From Candidatus Atribacteria bacterium 4572_76 (GTDB lineage: Bacteria; Atribacterota; Phoenicimicrobiia; Phoenicimicrobiales; Phoenicimicrobiaceae): a DNA stretch of 26,517 bases. The notes under the pieces are model-generated. The model did no database searches, was not told the DNA's origin, and saw nothing but the letters and a program-made list of their open reading frames with translations. Within the stretch, counting starts at the first letter, position 1. Each line of letters opens with the position of its first letter. Positions 1 through 11,003 of this stretch are shown piece after piece. A program made the position numbers and the translations under genes. Where the stretch lies: the NCBI GenBank assembly GCA_002084865.1, contig NBMG01000012.1, positions 1-26,517 of the forward strand, read 5' to 3'.

Positions 1-301
1 GCGATTCCCGAGCCCACAATCAAAAAATCCGTATAAATTTTTTTAATTTTGGACAGGTCAAAATTAATCAAATAACGTGGGTACATTTATTCTAATCCTT
101 CCATATTAGCCTTTAGTATTCAGCTAACCAATTACCGGTTTACCGGTTGTCCAGTTAATATTAATTAGTCAATTCACCTATTCACCAATTAACCGATTAT
201 GCTAGTCGGTAGTGAATAGCCGCTATGATTAATATAAGTTTTCAGTTACCAGTTTTCGGTTTACAGTTTATTGTATTTTATATTATTTCCACGAATCTGG
301 T

Positions 302-360
302 GTAGGGGTCGAATTTATCCGACCCGTCTTTATTGTGGGCTTGATGAATCAAGCCCCTAC
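302..360. repeat. GTAG-REP inverted doublet
   Basis: GTAG-gggtcg..cgaccc hairpin and gggcttgat..atcaagccc-CTAC hairpin. Confidence 0.75.
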
Positions 361-396
361 CTTAATTCAGGAACGGGTAGGTTTGTCCTCGTGAAA

Positions 397-460
397 GAGA
401 TGCGATTCACGAGATGCGAGATACTAGATACGAATTTAGCTTTGCGCTTTTCATTTTTCG
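397..460 (-). repeat. Heptamer-array element (CGTATCT/CGTGAAT + CGAAAAATGAAAAGCGC)
   Basis: The reverse complement matches 4366-4424 with one extra 7-nt unit. Partial copies lie at 8773-8803, 8875-8892, 22412-22465 and 26424-26451. Confidence 0.85.
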
Positions 461-536
461 CTGCAATACAAGATGTTATTCGCTGAGTATTTAATACTAT
501 TTAACCAACTAACCAAGTAACTAATTAACCAGCTAA

Positions 537-1469
537 CTAGTGTATTTCTATCATTCGATTTAATGCTTTTAAGGATTTTTCTCTTATATCCTCTGGCACT
601 ATTATTCGGGGTTCTAAATTTTGCAGAGAAGACAGAACTTTTTCTAAAGTAATAAGCTTCATATCTTTACAGATCATTTTTTCAGAGGCAGCAAAAAATT
701 GTTTTTCCGGATTATTCTTTTTTAAAGGATGTAATATTCCCAGTTCTGTTCCGATGATATATTCTTTAGCCGGGTTATTACCGGCAAATTCAATAATCTC
801 TCTGGTACTGCCGATATAATTAGCCAGATTACATACTTCCGGGCGGCATTCAGGGTGAACCAACAGCAAGGCTTTGGGGTGGAGTTTTTTAACTTTGATT
901 ACATCTTCTTTGGTTAAGAGATGATGAGTAGGACAGTAACCTTGCCAGGGGATGATATTTCGTTTTGCTTTTCGGGCAGTAAAGTCAGCTAAATTCATAT
1001 CGGGAAGGAATAAAATATTTTTTTCAGCAGGAATTGACCGAACAACTTGAACCGCATTGGCAGAAGTGCAACAGTAGTCACTTAAAGATTTTACAACTGC
1101 CGATGAATTTACGTAAGAAACTACTAATACTTCGGGCAGTTCTTTTATTTTGCTTTTTACCTTTTCGGCTGGTGCCATATCAGCTAAGGGGCAACCGGAT
1201 TTAATTTCCGGGAGTAGAACAATTTTTTCCGGAGAGAGAATAGATGCAGTTTCAGCCATAAACTGAACTCCGCAAAATACTATAACTTTTGCTTTAGTCT
1301 TAGCTGCTTGTTGGCTGAGGAAAAGCGAATCACCTGTAAAATCGGCAATATCTTGAATTTCGCCGGGTTGATAAACATGAGCTAAAATTATTGCTTCTCT
1401 CTTTTTCTTCCAGGCTAATATTTCTTTAATTAAATTTCTTTTCGGGGGGCTACCAGTTGTATTATCCAT
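537..1469 (-). CDS. nadA: Quinolinate synthase A ([4Fe-4S])
   Basis: Motifs AHxYQ, IADFTGDS, VFCGVxFMAET, YVNS and HPEC. The three cluster Cys are present (GCPLAD, GYCPTH, MICKDMK). GGAG SD precedes the ATG on the minus strand. Confidence 0.95.
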   Translation of the reverse strand: MDNTTGSPPKRNLIKEILAWKKKREAIILAHVYQPGEIQDIADFTGDSLFLSQQAAKTKAKVIVFCGVQFMAETASILSPEKIVLLPEIKSGCPLADMAPAEKVKSKIKELPEVLVVSYVNSSAVVKSLSDYCCTSANAVQVVRSIPAEKNILFLPDMNLADFTARKAKRNIIPWQGYCPTHHLLTKEDVIKVKKLHPKALLLVHPECRPEVCNLANYIGSTREIIEFAGNNPAKEYIIGTELGILHPLKKNNPEKQFFAASEKMICKDMKLITLEKVLSSLQNLEPRIIVPEDIREKSLKALNRMIEIH

Positions 1470-1546
1470 TTTTACTCCTAATTAATATATTATCTATTTT
1501 TAATAAACTATTTGATTGCTTATTATTTTATTCTAAGGTGTTTTTC

Positions 1547-1555
1547 ATTATACCA
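1547..1555 (-). promoter_or_regulatory. Extended -10 promoter (TGgTATAAT) for nadA
   Basis: The reverse complement of attatacca is TGGTATAAT, about 80 nt upstream of the nadA start. The -35 is weak. Confidence 0.5.
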
Positions 1556-1838
1556 TAAAAAAAAATTAGATATAAAATCTTTTTTATTGTAATATATTTT
1601 ATAAAAAAGTAAAGAGGGGAAAAGAAAAAAGTATCGAGTATTGCGTATCGAGCATTGAGTAAAGAAAAAGTAAAGGCTCAGGGAAGTATGATATGTCCGT
1701 TAGTGTAAACTTTAGTAAGGTGTTTAGATAAAGAAAAGAATATTTATTTCTTTTATTTTCTTATCTTCTTTTTTCGCTAGTACTTTTCTTTTCCTTCACG
1801 CAATACGCAGTACTCGATACGCGATACGAATACATTGA

Positions 1839-1867
1839 TTGACAAGAATATTGAAGAGGGGTAATAT
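1839..1867 (+). promoter_or_regulatory. sigma70-type promoter upstream of guaB
   Basis: TTGACA(1839-1844)-N17-TAATAT(1862-1867). Confidence 0.6.
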
Positions 1868-1897
1868 TATAAAAATAGCGTAGAGCGTTTAGCGTGT

Positions 1898-1941
1898 AGC
1901 GGATAGTGAAGAAAAAGAGAAAAGAAGGAAACCAGAATAGA
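1898..1941 (+). repeat. 44-nt dispersed repeat (inverted copy at 26453-26496)
   Basis: 40/44 identity to the reverse complement of 26453-26496, counted by hand. Confidence 0.85.
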
Positions 1942-1974
1942 TTCGTATTACATATTACGGTAGGTTTTTCTTTT

Positions 1975-2050
1975 GTTATTGTGAGGGAATGAAACGTCCG
2001 AAGCAATCTCAAACGGGGATTGCCACGCTCTGATAAATCAGAGCAATGAC
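1975..2050. repeat. Palindromic extragenic element of the 'GTCATTGCGAG...GAAGCAATCT...GATTGC...GCAATGAC' type
   Basis: Outer arms gttattgt/gcaatgac, inner stem gcaatctc(2003-2010)/gggattgc(2016-2023), and a further hairpin gctctgat-aa-atcagagc. Confidence 0.6.
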
Positions 2051-2190
2051 ATAGAATAAAGTAGCCTGATAAGTGAAAATTTTCAACTGAAAACCGTATT
2101 TAATACTAACGATTAATATCTCTTGTATTTTATATTTTTCTTACACTTATTACTCGTACTATACGCTAAACGCTATACGCTCTACGCTAG

Positions 2191-3702
<1,512 letters not shown>

Positions 3703-3746
3703 GGATAGGATAGTTAATTTATTAATTTATTTTGGAGAACGGATTT

Positions 3747-4283
3747 ATGGAAAAGGAAGAATATAAAATTAATTTTGAGAAAGCCGAAGGTTATCTAAAA
3801 AAAGGTAATTTCAATCAAGCCATCAGAGAATTTGAAACGGTTTTAGAAAAATGGCCGGATGATTCCAGATGTTATAATAAATTGGGAGTTTGTTATGCCA
3901 GCTTAAGAGATTTTGTAAAAGCAAAATCCTATCTTGAAAAAGCCTTAGCATTAGATCTAAAATATCCTGAACCTTATAATAATTTGGGAAATATTTGCTT
4001 GGAAAAAAAAGAATATGAAAAGTCAATTGCGTTATACAAAAAAGCCCTGGAATTAAATCCTGATTATGCTGCTGCTCATAGTAATTTAGGTTTAGCCTAC
4101 AAAAGAACAAAAAGAATTAATGAAGCGGTAAAGCAATTTAAAATAGCGGCTGAAATTGATAGGAAGGCTCCTATATCAGAAATCAAGAAAATTAGGATGA
4201 AAACAAAAACTAAAAATAATATTATTATCTTTATATTAATTTTAGCAGGTTTAATTATTTTATGGTTTTTGCTGAAAAAGTAA
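3747..4283 (+). CDS. TPR-repeat protein with C-terminal transmembrane anchor
   Basis: Repeated YNxLGxxY...A...Y.KAL.L.P TPR units and a hydrophobic tail IIIFILILAGLIILWFLL followed by KK. The ATG at 3747 follows GGAG (the ORF track starts at TTG 3732). Confidence 0.85.
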   Translation: MEKEEYKINFEKAEGYLKKGNFNQAIREFETVLEKWPDDSRCYNKLGVCYASLRDFVKAKSYLEKALALDLKYPEPYNNLGNICLEKKEYEKSIALYKKALELNPDYAAAHSNLGLAYKRTKRINEAVKQFKIAAEIDRKAPISEIKKIRMKTKTKNNIIIFILILAGLIILWFLLKK

Positions 4284-4365
4284 ATTTACAAACCCGGGTA
4301 ATATTAATTTAACTGTATAGGAATTTCCCTTTTCTGTAAGTACTAATTGGAATATAGTGATAAAA

Positions 4366-4424
4366 CGAAAAATGAAAAGCGCAAAACTAAATTCGTATCT
4401 CGTATCTCGTGAATCGTATCTCGT
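4366..4424 (+). repeat. Heptamer-array element, forward copy
   Basis: cgaaaaatgaaaagcgcaaaactaaattcgtatct-cgtatct-cgtgaat-cgtatct-cgt. Confidence 0.85.
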
Positions 4425-4704
4425 TAAAAATTAGTTATCCGGTTGTTGGTTGTATGTTTATTTAATTAAGGAAATAAAATCAAAACAATAACTAGTTAAC
4501 TAAATTGATTGAGTAATTGGATATTTAAATTAACTTGCATCTTTCAACTGTTAATTGTCAACTGAAATTCTTTATTTAATGCAAACGTCTAACGACTAGT
4601 TAAAAGTTTTGAATTATGATTTTTCGCTTTTAGTTTTAAATTTTTAGTTATATAAGGAAAATTGTGTTTGAAGCTAACGACTAATTTAAATATCATGAAA
4701 GCAG

Positions 4705-5715
4705 GTGAAAGTAAATTTGGCAGAGACTAATACGCATTTAATCAAAGCAAAACAGATACACCGGAAGGCGATAGTATTTGATGGGCATTGCGATACTATT
4801 TTAGAGGTTATGAACCATAAAAGAACCTTAGAAAAAAAATCAACTACCGGTCACCTGGATATTCCCAGAATGAAAGAAGGAGGGATTGATGTCCAGTTTT
4901 TTGCTGTTTTCATAGAAGACATTTATAAACCGGATAGGTCATTAAAAAGAACCTTGCAACTAATTGATTGTTTTTATAGAGAAATAGAGAATAACCAGGA
5001 TGATATATCATCGGTTACTAATTATGATCAATTAAAGGGAATAAATAGAGCAGGAAAGATTGCCGCTGTCCTTTCCATTGAAGGAGGGGAAGCTTTAGAA
5101 GGTGATTTGGGAGTATTGAGAGTGTTATATAGATTAGGAGTCAGGCTCTTAACTCTCACCTGGAATCAGAGAAATCAGATTGCTGACGGGGTTGGTGAAT
5201 CCCGGACCGGCAGTGGTTTAACCGAATTTGGTTTAAAAGTAATAGATGAGATGAATGACCTGGGGATGCTGATTGATGTATCCCACCTTTCCGAGACTGG
5301 TTTTTGGGATGTGGTTAAAAGAAGCAAAGCACCCATTGTTGCTTCTCATTCTAATTGTTACGCTTTATGTCCCCATCTTCGAAATTTAAAAGATGAGCAA
5401 ATTAAAGCTATAGCCGATAAAGGTGGAGTAATAGGGATAACCTTCGTGCCTAATTTTTTAACTCAAGAAAAAAGAAAAACTACCGTAGAAGATGTGGTAA
5501 GACATATTGATTATTTAGTAGAAAAAGCAGGAATAGATTGTGTAGGATTAGGTTCTGATTTTGACGGGACAGGTGGTCTTCCTTTGGGGTTAGAGGGAGT
5601 TGATAAAATTCCTAATATCACTGAAGGGTTACTCGACCGAGGGTATAAAGAAAAGGATATCAAGAAAATACTGGGAGAAAATTTCTTAAGAGTATTTAAA
5701 GAGGTAGTAGGATAA
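4705..5715 (+). CDS. Membrane dipeptidase (peptidase M19 family)
   Basis: FDGHCDT, SIEGG, TLTWN, DVSHLS, ASHSN, GLGSDFDG and ILGENFLRV motifs. The start may be TTG 4717. Confidence 0.92.
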   Translation: MKVNLAETNTHLIKAKQIHRKAIVFDGHCDTILEVMNHKRTLEKKSTTGHLDIPRMKEGGIDVQFFAVFIEDIYKPDRSLKRTLQLIDCFYREIENNQDDISSVTNYDQLKGINRAGKIAAVLSIEGGEALEGDLGVLRVLYRLGVRLLTLTWNQRNQIADGVGESRTGSGLTEFGLKVIDEMNDLGMLIDVSHLSETGFWDVVKRSKAPIVASHSNCYALCPHLRNLKDEQIKAIADKGGVIGITFVPNFLTQEKRKTTVEDVVRHIDYLVEKAGIDCVGLGSDFDGTGGLPLGLEGVDKIPNITEGLLDRGYKEKDIKKILGENFLRVFKEVVG

Positions 5716-5751
5716 TAATATTATTCTAATTTAAAAGCAGAGGAAGCATTT

Positions 5752-6519
5752 ATGAAGTATTTAAGATTCTTGAAAAATGGAAATATAAGATATGGATTAC
5801 TTGAAAAAGATAGTATAATTAGAGAAATAATTGGTGATATTTTTAATAATCATAAAAATACAGAAAACATATATTCTTTATCAGAAATAACCTTTTTGCC
5901 TCCCTGTGTGCCAACTAAAATAATAGCTGTGGGATTAAATTATTTTGATCATGCGAATGAAGTTCAGATGAAAATTCCCGATGAACCGTTGATATTTATG
6001 AAACCCCCAAGCACGCTTATTGCTCATAATGGTAATATAATCTATCCTAAGATGAGTAAGCAATTAGATTATGAAGCAGAATTAGCAGTGATTATTAAAA
6101 ATAGGATTAAAAATATTGAGCCCGAAGATGTCTTTGAAAATATTCTGGGATATACTTGTTTTAATGATGTAACTGCCCGAGATTTACAAAAGAAAGATGA
6201 ACAATGGACCAGGGCTAAATCATTTGATACTTTCGCGCCAGTTGGGCCTTTTATTTCTACTGAATTAAATCCCGATAATCTTCAAATAAAACTTTACAAG
6301 AATGGTCAGTTGATGCAGGATTCTTCCACCGGTAATATGATTTTTAAAGTCGACAAAATAGTCAGTTTTATTTCTAAGATAATGACCCTATTCCCAGGGG
6401 ATATAATTGCTACCGGAACTCCTTCTGGAGTTGGACAATTAGAAGCAGGGGATATGGTAGAGGTAGAGATTGAGGGGATTGGAGTTTTAAAGAACAAGGT
6501 AATTTTAGAGAAAGAGTGA
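5752..6519 (+). CDS. Fumarylacetoacetate hydrolase family protein
   Basis: KIIAVGLNY, P.IFMKP, LDYEAELAV, NDVTARD, WTRAKSFDTF, GDIIATGTP. Confidence 0.93.
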   Translation: MKYLRFLKNGNIRYGLLEKDSIIREIIGDIFNNHKNTENIYSLSEITFLPPCVPTKIIAVGLNYFDHANEVQMKIPDEPLIFMKPPSTLIAHNGNIIYPKMSKQLDYEAELAVIIKNRIKNIEPEDVFENILGYTCFNDVTARDLQKKDEQWTRAKSFDTFAPVGPFISTELNPDNLQIKLYKNGQLMQDSSTGNMIFKVDKIVSFISKIMTLFPGDIIATGTPSGVGQLEAGDMVEVEIEGIGVLKNKVILEKE

Positions 6520-6656
6520 TTAAAAACTTTTAATTTATATTATTGTCATTTACTTAGGAAGATAAATTAGAGATGTATACAAAAAATATTAATTTAATAA
6601 ATAATAATTTAAGCATGCAAAGGGAGGTGAACCGAGTACAAGATATATAGAGTATT

Positions 6657-6778
6657 TAGCAAGAGTAGGTGGCCTGCGTTAAGTGTTAGAGAATGGGACG
6701 TTGTCTCTAAACGAAAGGATGAAAGATTTCTGTTGAGAAATTCTTTTATCCTGCGGTAGGTCATCGCGTCCGCTGCTA
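6657..6778 (+). ncRNA. THF (tetrahydrofolate) riboswitch aptamer
   Basis: Signature order AGAGUAG...GCGUUAAGUG...GAAUGGGACGU...ACGAA...GCGGU...GCGUCCGCU, P1 tagca/tgcta, and position directly upstream of a FolT-like S component. Confidence 0.93.
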
Positions 6779-6875
6779 CATCGAAAATGCCTTTTATAAA
6801 GATTCTTCTTGATGTAGCAGATAATAAAGCTATATCTATCATAATAATGCTATATCAAGGAGGGAAAGACAAAAA

Positions 6876-7406
6876 ATGAAAATATCGTCCCATAAAATTA
6901 CCACTATGGGTCTTCTAATTGCTTTAAGTATAATTTTAACCCGGGTAGCCAGTTTACGCGTTGCTATTGGGGGGGTAGAGGGAATCAGGATCGGTCTGGG
7001 GAGATTACCCATAATCTTAGGAGGTATTATATTTGGTCCATTAGCCGGGGGGCTAATCGGAGCCTTTTCCGACCTGTTAGGATATTTCATCAATCCTATA
7101 GGGGCTTATATGCCTCATTTTACCCTAACTTCTGCTTTGACCGGAATAATTCCAGCGATCATCTTGATTTTAATGAAAAGAGATGAACCTAATGTTTTTG
7201 ATTTAGGTATAGCTATTGCTACGGGTCAGGTGATAACTTCTATTATTCTGATACCGTATTTTTTAAATATTTTATTCGGACTTCCCTGGAAAGTATTAAT
7301 ACCCCCGCGAATAGTGGCAGAGCCCATTCAAATATTTATATATACCTATATTATAAATATAATTTTAAAGAGAAATATTTTAATCATCAAATCAGATAAG
7401 ATTTAG
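6876..7406 (+). CDS. folT: Folate ECF transporter S component
   Basis: LIALSIILTR, FGP..GGLIG..SD..G and PHFTLTSAL motifs, multi-TM 176 aa, and a THF riboswitch upstream. Confidence 0.9.
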   Translation: MKISSHKITTMGLLIALSIILTRVASLRVAIGGVEGIRIGLGRLPIILGGIIFGPLAGGLIGAFSDLLGYFINPIGAYMPHFTLTSALTGIIPAIILILMKRDEPNVFDLGIAIATGQVITSIILIPYFLNILFGLPWKVLIPPRIVAEPIQIFIYTYIINIILKRNILIIKSDKI

Positions 7407-7464
7407 GATTTACTAATTTAATTAGTATTATGATTATAACCAAAAAAGTACACAAAATAGTAAT

Positions 7465-7546
7465 GTAGAGGCACGATGCATCGTGCCCACAATAATAAGC
7501 GGAAATAATACAAAGACAGCGAGGGCACAATTCATTGTGCCTCTAC
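7465..7546. repeat. GTAG-REP inverted doublet (copy 1 of the ggcacgatgcatcgtgcc / ggcacaattcattgtgcc family)
   Basis: Both arms are nearly identical to 19190-19266; the spacer differs. Confidence 0.85.
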
Positions 7547-7744
7547 AAATGGCTATAACCAAAAGGTCATAATTTGCTATAAAATTATCTATAACGTACC
7601 ATATACATAATCTGTTGGAAATATTTTTAGCTTTTTAGGAAATAACCATATTATTTTTGGTTATAAAAGTTAAAAAATAACGAGAGGAGATTTACAATTT
7701 TAAAAAATATAGAAAATAAAAGTGTAAATTTAAAAAATAAGACT

Positions 7745-8770
7745 ATGAAAGCAGCTGTATTTTATGCACCCGGCCAGGTAAGGTTGGAAGAAATTAATAT
7801 TCCGAATGTCGGTCCCGACGAAGTTTTAGTAAAAGTGAAAGCCGCACTTACCTGCGGGACAGATCGTAAAACCTACTTAAGGGGACATCATTTATTTAAT
7901 CCGCCTTTTGTTTTTGGCCATGAGTTTGCCGGTGATATAGTAGAAGTAGGCAGTAAGGTTAAAAAATTTAAACCGGGAATGAGAGTGGTAGCCGCTAATT
8001 CTGCTCCTTGTAATTCCTGTTTTTACTGTAAAAATGGTGAACATAGCTTGTGTGATAGTTTATTTATTCAATTAAGTGGTGCTTTTGCAGAATATATAAA
8101 AATTCCCGGAATAATTGTTTCTCAAAATTTATTGTTATTTCCTGAGACAGTAAGCTATAAAGAGGCAGCATTATTGGAGCCTCTATCTTGTGTAGTCCAT
8201 GGAGTTGAGGAATCAAATATTAATTTAGGTGATACAGTGGTTATAAACGGAGCAGGTCCGATAGGTTTAATGTTCTTACAAGTAGTTAAATTAAAAGGAG
8301 CAAGAGTTATTATAACCGATACAGTTGAGGAAAGATTAAAACTAGCCATAAAGTTAGGGGCTTATAAAGCAATAAATGTTTCTAAGGTGCAGGATCCTGT
8401 TGAAGAAGTTAAAAAACTTACTGAGGATAATAGAGGAGCAGATGTAGCCATTGAAGCAGTCGGGTTGCCGAAGGTTTGGGAGCAGACTATATCGATGGTA
8501 AGAAAAGGAGGAACGGTGAATCTTTTTGGGGGATGCAAAAGAGGAACGAAAATTTCTATTGACACCAGCCTAATTCACTATTCCCAAATTAACATAAAGG
8601 GAGTTTTTCATCATACACCCGGACATATCAAAAGAGCTTTAAATTTAATTTGTAATAAGGCAATCGATATCGATTCGCTGATTACTGATGAACTTCCCCT
8701 TGGCGAAATATCTACTGTAATAGAGATGATGTTGGCCCATAAAGGCATTAAAATAGCAGTGATTCCTTGA
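7745..8770 (+). CDS. Zn-dependent medium-chain dehydrogenase (threonine/sorbitol DH-like)
   Basis: CGTD, GHE, structural Zn motif CxxCxxC...C, EPLSC, Rossmann GAGPIG. Confidence 0.92.
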   Translation: MKAAVFYAPGQVRLEEINIPNVGPDEVLVKVKAALTCGTDRKTYLRGHHLFNPPFVFGHEFAGDIVEVGSKVKKFKPGMRVVAANSAPCNSCFYCKNGEHSLCDSLFIQLSGAFAEYIKIPGIIVSQNLLLFPETVSYKEAALLEPLSCVVHGVEESNINLGDTVVINGAGPIGLMFLQVVKLKGARVIITDTVEERLKLAIKLGAYKAINVSKVQDPVEEVKKLTEDNRGADVAIEAVGLPKVWEQTISMVRKGGTVNLFGGCKRGTKISIDTSLIHYSQINIKGVFHHTPGHIKRALNLICNKAIDIDSLITDELPLGEISTVIEMMLAHKGIKIAVIP

Positions 8771-8941
8771 TCCGTATATCGTATCTCGTGAATCGTATCT
8801 CGCAAAAACAAATAGTTAGAAATATTAAAAAATTAAAAAAGTTGTGTGTTTGAATTTATTTTCTTTCAAGACACTAGATACGAGATACGAACAACGAAAT
8901 TGTATTGCGTATCGCGTATAAGATAAAGTCATAAGGTACAA

Positions 8942-8966
8942 GTAGGGGTAGACCTTGTGTCTGCCC
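8942..8966 (+). repeat. GTAG-REP single hairpin
   Basis: GTAG-gggtagac-cttgt-gtctgccc; sister copy at 21298-21322. Confidence 0.75.
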
Positions 8967-9131
8967 GTAATGCGTAAGTTCATCTACTCGATAATGAGAG
9001 AAGAGTTAAGTGGTTAAGATAGTCCTTTTGGGTAATTTGTATTAAACTAACTAATCAATTAACTAGCTAACCACCTAACCAATAAAAAATAAGCAGGATT
9101 GATGATTTTGTAAATGGAGTAAAAGGAAAAT

Positions 9132-10157
9132 ATGAAAGCTTTAGTCAAATACGGAAAAGGCGAAAATGATATAGAATTGAGAGAAATTCCCGAACCCATT
9201 CCTAAACCCAATGAAGTAAAAGTTAAAGTGGAGGCTACGGGAATCTGTGGAACCGATCTTTATGGTTATTCAGCCCTAAAACCTCCGGTGGTATTAGGAC
9301 ACGAAACCGCCGGGGTTGTGGTAAAAGTAGGGGAAGAAGTAAAAAATATAAAAGTAGGAGACAGGGTTACTACCGAAACTACTGCCTATATCTGTGGCCA
9401 ATGTAAATTTTGCCAGAGCAAAGATTATAATTTATGCATTCATCGTAAAGGGTTAGGATCTGCTGTTAACGGGGCTTTTGCTGAATATTTTGTGATAAGA
9501 AAAGAAAGCATCCACCAAATTCCTCTTCATATTGATTTTAATTCGGCTTCTCTTTTCGAACCTTTATCTTGCGCTGTTCATGCAGTAATAGAAAAAGCTA
9601 ATTTGTTATCCCATGAAAAAGTTTTGGTGTTAGGACCGGGACCCCTCGGCTTATTAACTGCTCAAATTGCTAAGTCTTTAGGAGCAAAAGTAATTATTTG
9701 TGGAATTGAAGGCGATGAAAAAAGATTATCTACCGCAAAAAAACTGGGAATTAATCAAATTTTTAATATAAAAAAGAAGGATATTGAGAACTATTTGTCG
9801 AAATTAACAACAGGGATTGGTGTAGATGTGGTTTTTGAATGTTCAGGTTCTGTTGAAGCTGTGGAGTACGGATTAAATCTTATAAGGAAAGGGGGTAGAT
9901 ATATTCAGGAAGGAATTATCCACCAACCGATTCAGCTTAGATTTGATCAAATCTTATTTGACAAAGAACTAAGTATTATTGGTTCTCGTACCCAGAAACC
10001 TTCTTCCTGGGATAAGGCAATAGATCTGGTAAACGAAGGGAAGGTAAATTTAGAAGAATTGGTTAGTGATGTACTTCCCTTAAGTAAATGGAAAGAGGGT
10101 TTTAAGCGGGCAAAGAAAAAAAATTCTATTAAAATAGTTCTTCAGCCGGATAAGTAA
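9132..10157 (+). CDS. Second Zn-dependent medium-chain dehydrogenase (sorbitol/iditol DH-like)
   Basis: GICGTD, GHE, CGQCKFC...C, EPLSC, GPGPLG. Confidence 0.92.
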   Translation: MKALVKYGKGENDIELREIPEPIPKPNEVKVKVEATGICGTDLYGYSALKPPVVLGHETAGVVVKVGEEVKNIKVGDRVTTETTAYICGQCKFCQSKDYNLCIHRKGLGSAVNGAFAEYFVIRKESIHQIPLHIDFNSASLFEPLSCAVHAVIEKANLLSHEKVLVLGPGPLGLLTAQIAKSLGAKVIICGIEGDEKRLSTAKKLGINQIFNIKKKDIENYLSKLTTGIGVDVVFECSGSVEAVEYGLNLIRKGGRYIQEGIIHQPIQLRFDQILFDKELSIIGSRTQKPSSWDKAIDLVNEGKVNLEELVSDVLPLSKWKEGFKRAKKKNSIKIVLQPDK

Positions 10158-10586
10158 TTTTAGAAAAAATTTCAATAACCTGATAAGCGCTGAGATTACT
10201 AGTTAGTATCGCTTTTCCATTTAGTCGTTAGTGAATAGTATTTAGTAACAAAGCGAAAAACGAAAAGCGCAAAACGTAAAGCCATAGCTCAAAATTTAAA
10301 ATTTAAATATATTGTTTTATATATTGAGTTTCATCTTTCTTATCTCGTATGCTATCAAAAATGAAAAGATAAAGAATTAAAAATAGAACTTAAAATTTAA
10401 TATTGAGAGAAAAAGTTTTGAATTTTGAATTATGGTTTTTCGCTTTTCGTTTTAAATTTTTAGCTGCATAATAGTAACTAAAAACTTTTATTTAAAAATA
10501 ACGACTAATTTATTAACCATTAACCAGCAAACCAGGTATCCAAATAACGAATCAAGGTAAAATATAATTAGAAGGGGGAAGAAAAA

Positions 10587-11003
10587 ATGATAGAATTTAA
10601 TCTTGAAAAAGGTTTAAAAGGAATAGCTCAAACAACAGTGAATGAGGAAAATTCAGCAGAGAGATTTGCCAAACCTATGCCACCTGCCTTTGCCACTCCT
10701 ATGTTAGTATCTTTAATGGATTTAGCTGCCATAAATGCGGTGAAAAATAATCTTCCGGAGGGTTATATTTCAGTAGCTACAAAAATATCGATTACCCATT
10801 TAGCAGCTACACCCTTGGGTATGACGGTTACTGCCGATGCGACTTTAATCGACGTTTTCCAAAATCGATTAACCTTTCAGGTGAACGCTTTCGATGAGGT
10901 GGAGAAGATAGGAGAAGGGACTGTAGAAAGGTATATTATAGATTTAGACAAATTTGCCAAAAATATGTTGGCAAGGAAAAAACCACGAGAGGTTGATTTT
11001 TAA
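10587..11003 (+). CDS. Hot-dog-fold thioesterase (FlK/fluoroacetyl-CoA thioesterase-like)
   Basis: ATP.LV.LM, I.ITHLAATPLGMTV and F.V.AFD..EKIGEG..ER pattern. Confidence 0.82.
   Translation: MIEFNLEKGLKGIAQTTVNEENSAERFAKPMPPAFATPMLVSLMDLAAINAVKNNLPEGYISVATKISITHLAATPLGMTVTADATLIDVFQNRLTFQVNAFDEVEKIGEGTVERYIIDLDKFAKNMLARKKPREVDF

Noticed and set aside
271-486. 71-aa ORF on the plus strand
   Set aside because: It lies entirely over a REP doublet and a heptamer element, with no SD and no protein-like motif.
537-1469. NadA substitutions (AHVYQ, GVQF) as possible inactivation
   Set aside because: All three cluster cysteines and the His/Tyr/Ser substrate motifs remain, and the frame is intact.
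1761-2012. 83-aa ORF on the minus strand
   Set aside because: It spans repeat arrays and the predicted guaB promoter, and its composition reflects the repeats.
6615-6650. Mini-ORF MQREVNRVQDI and an SD-like AGGGAGGTGA before the THF aptamer
   Set aside because: The ATG has no SD, and the SD-like motif has no correctly spaced start codon.
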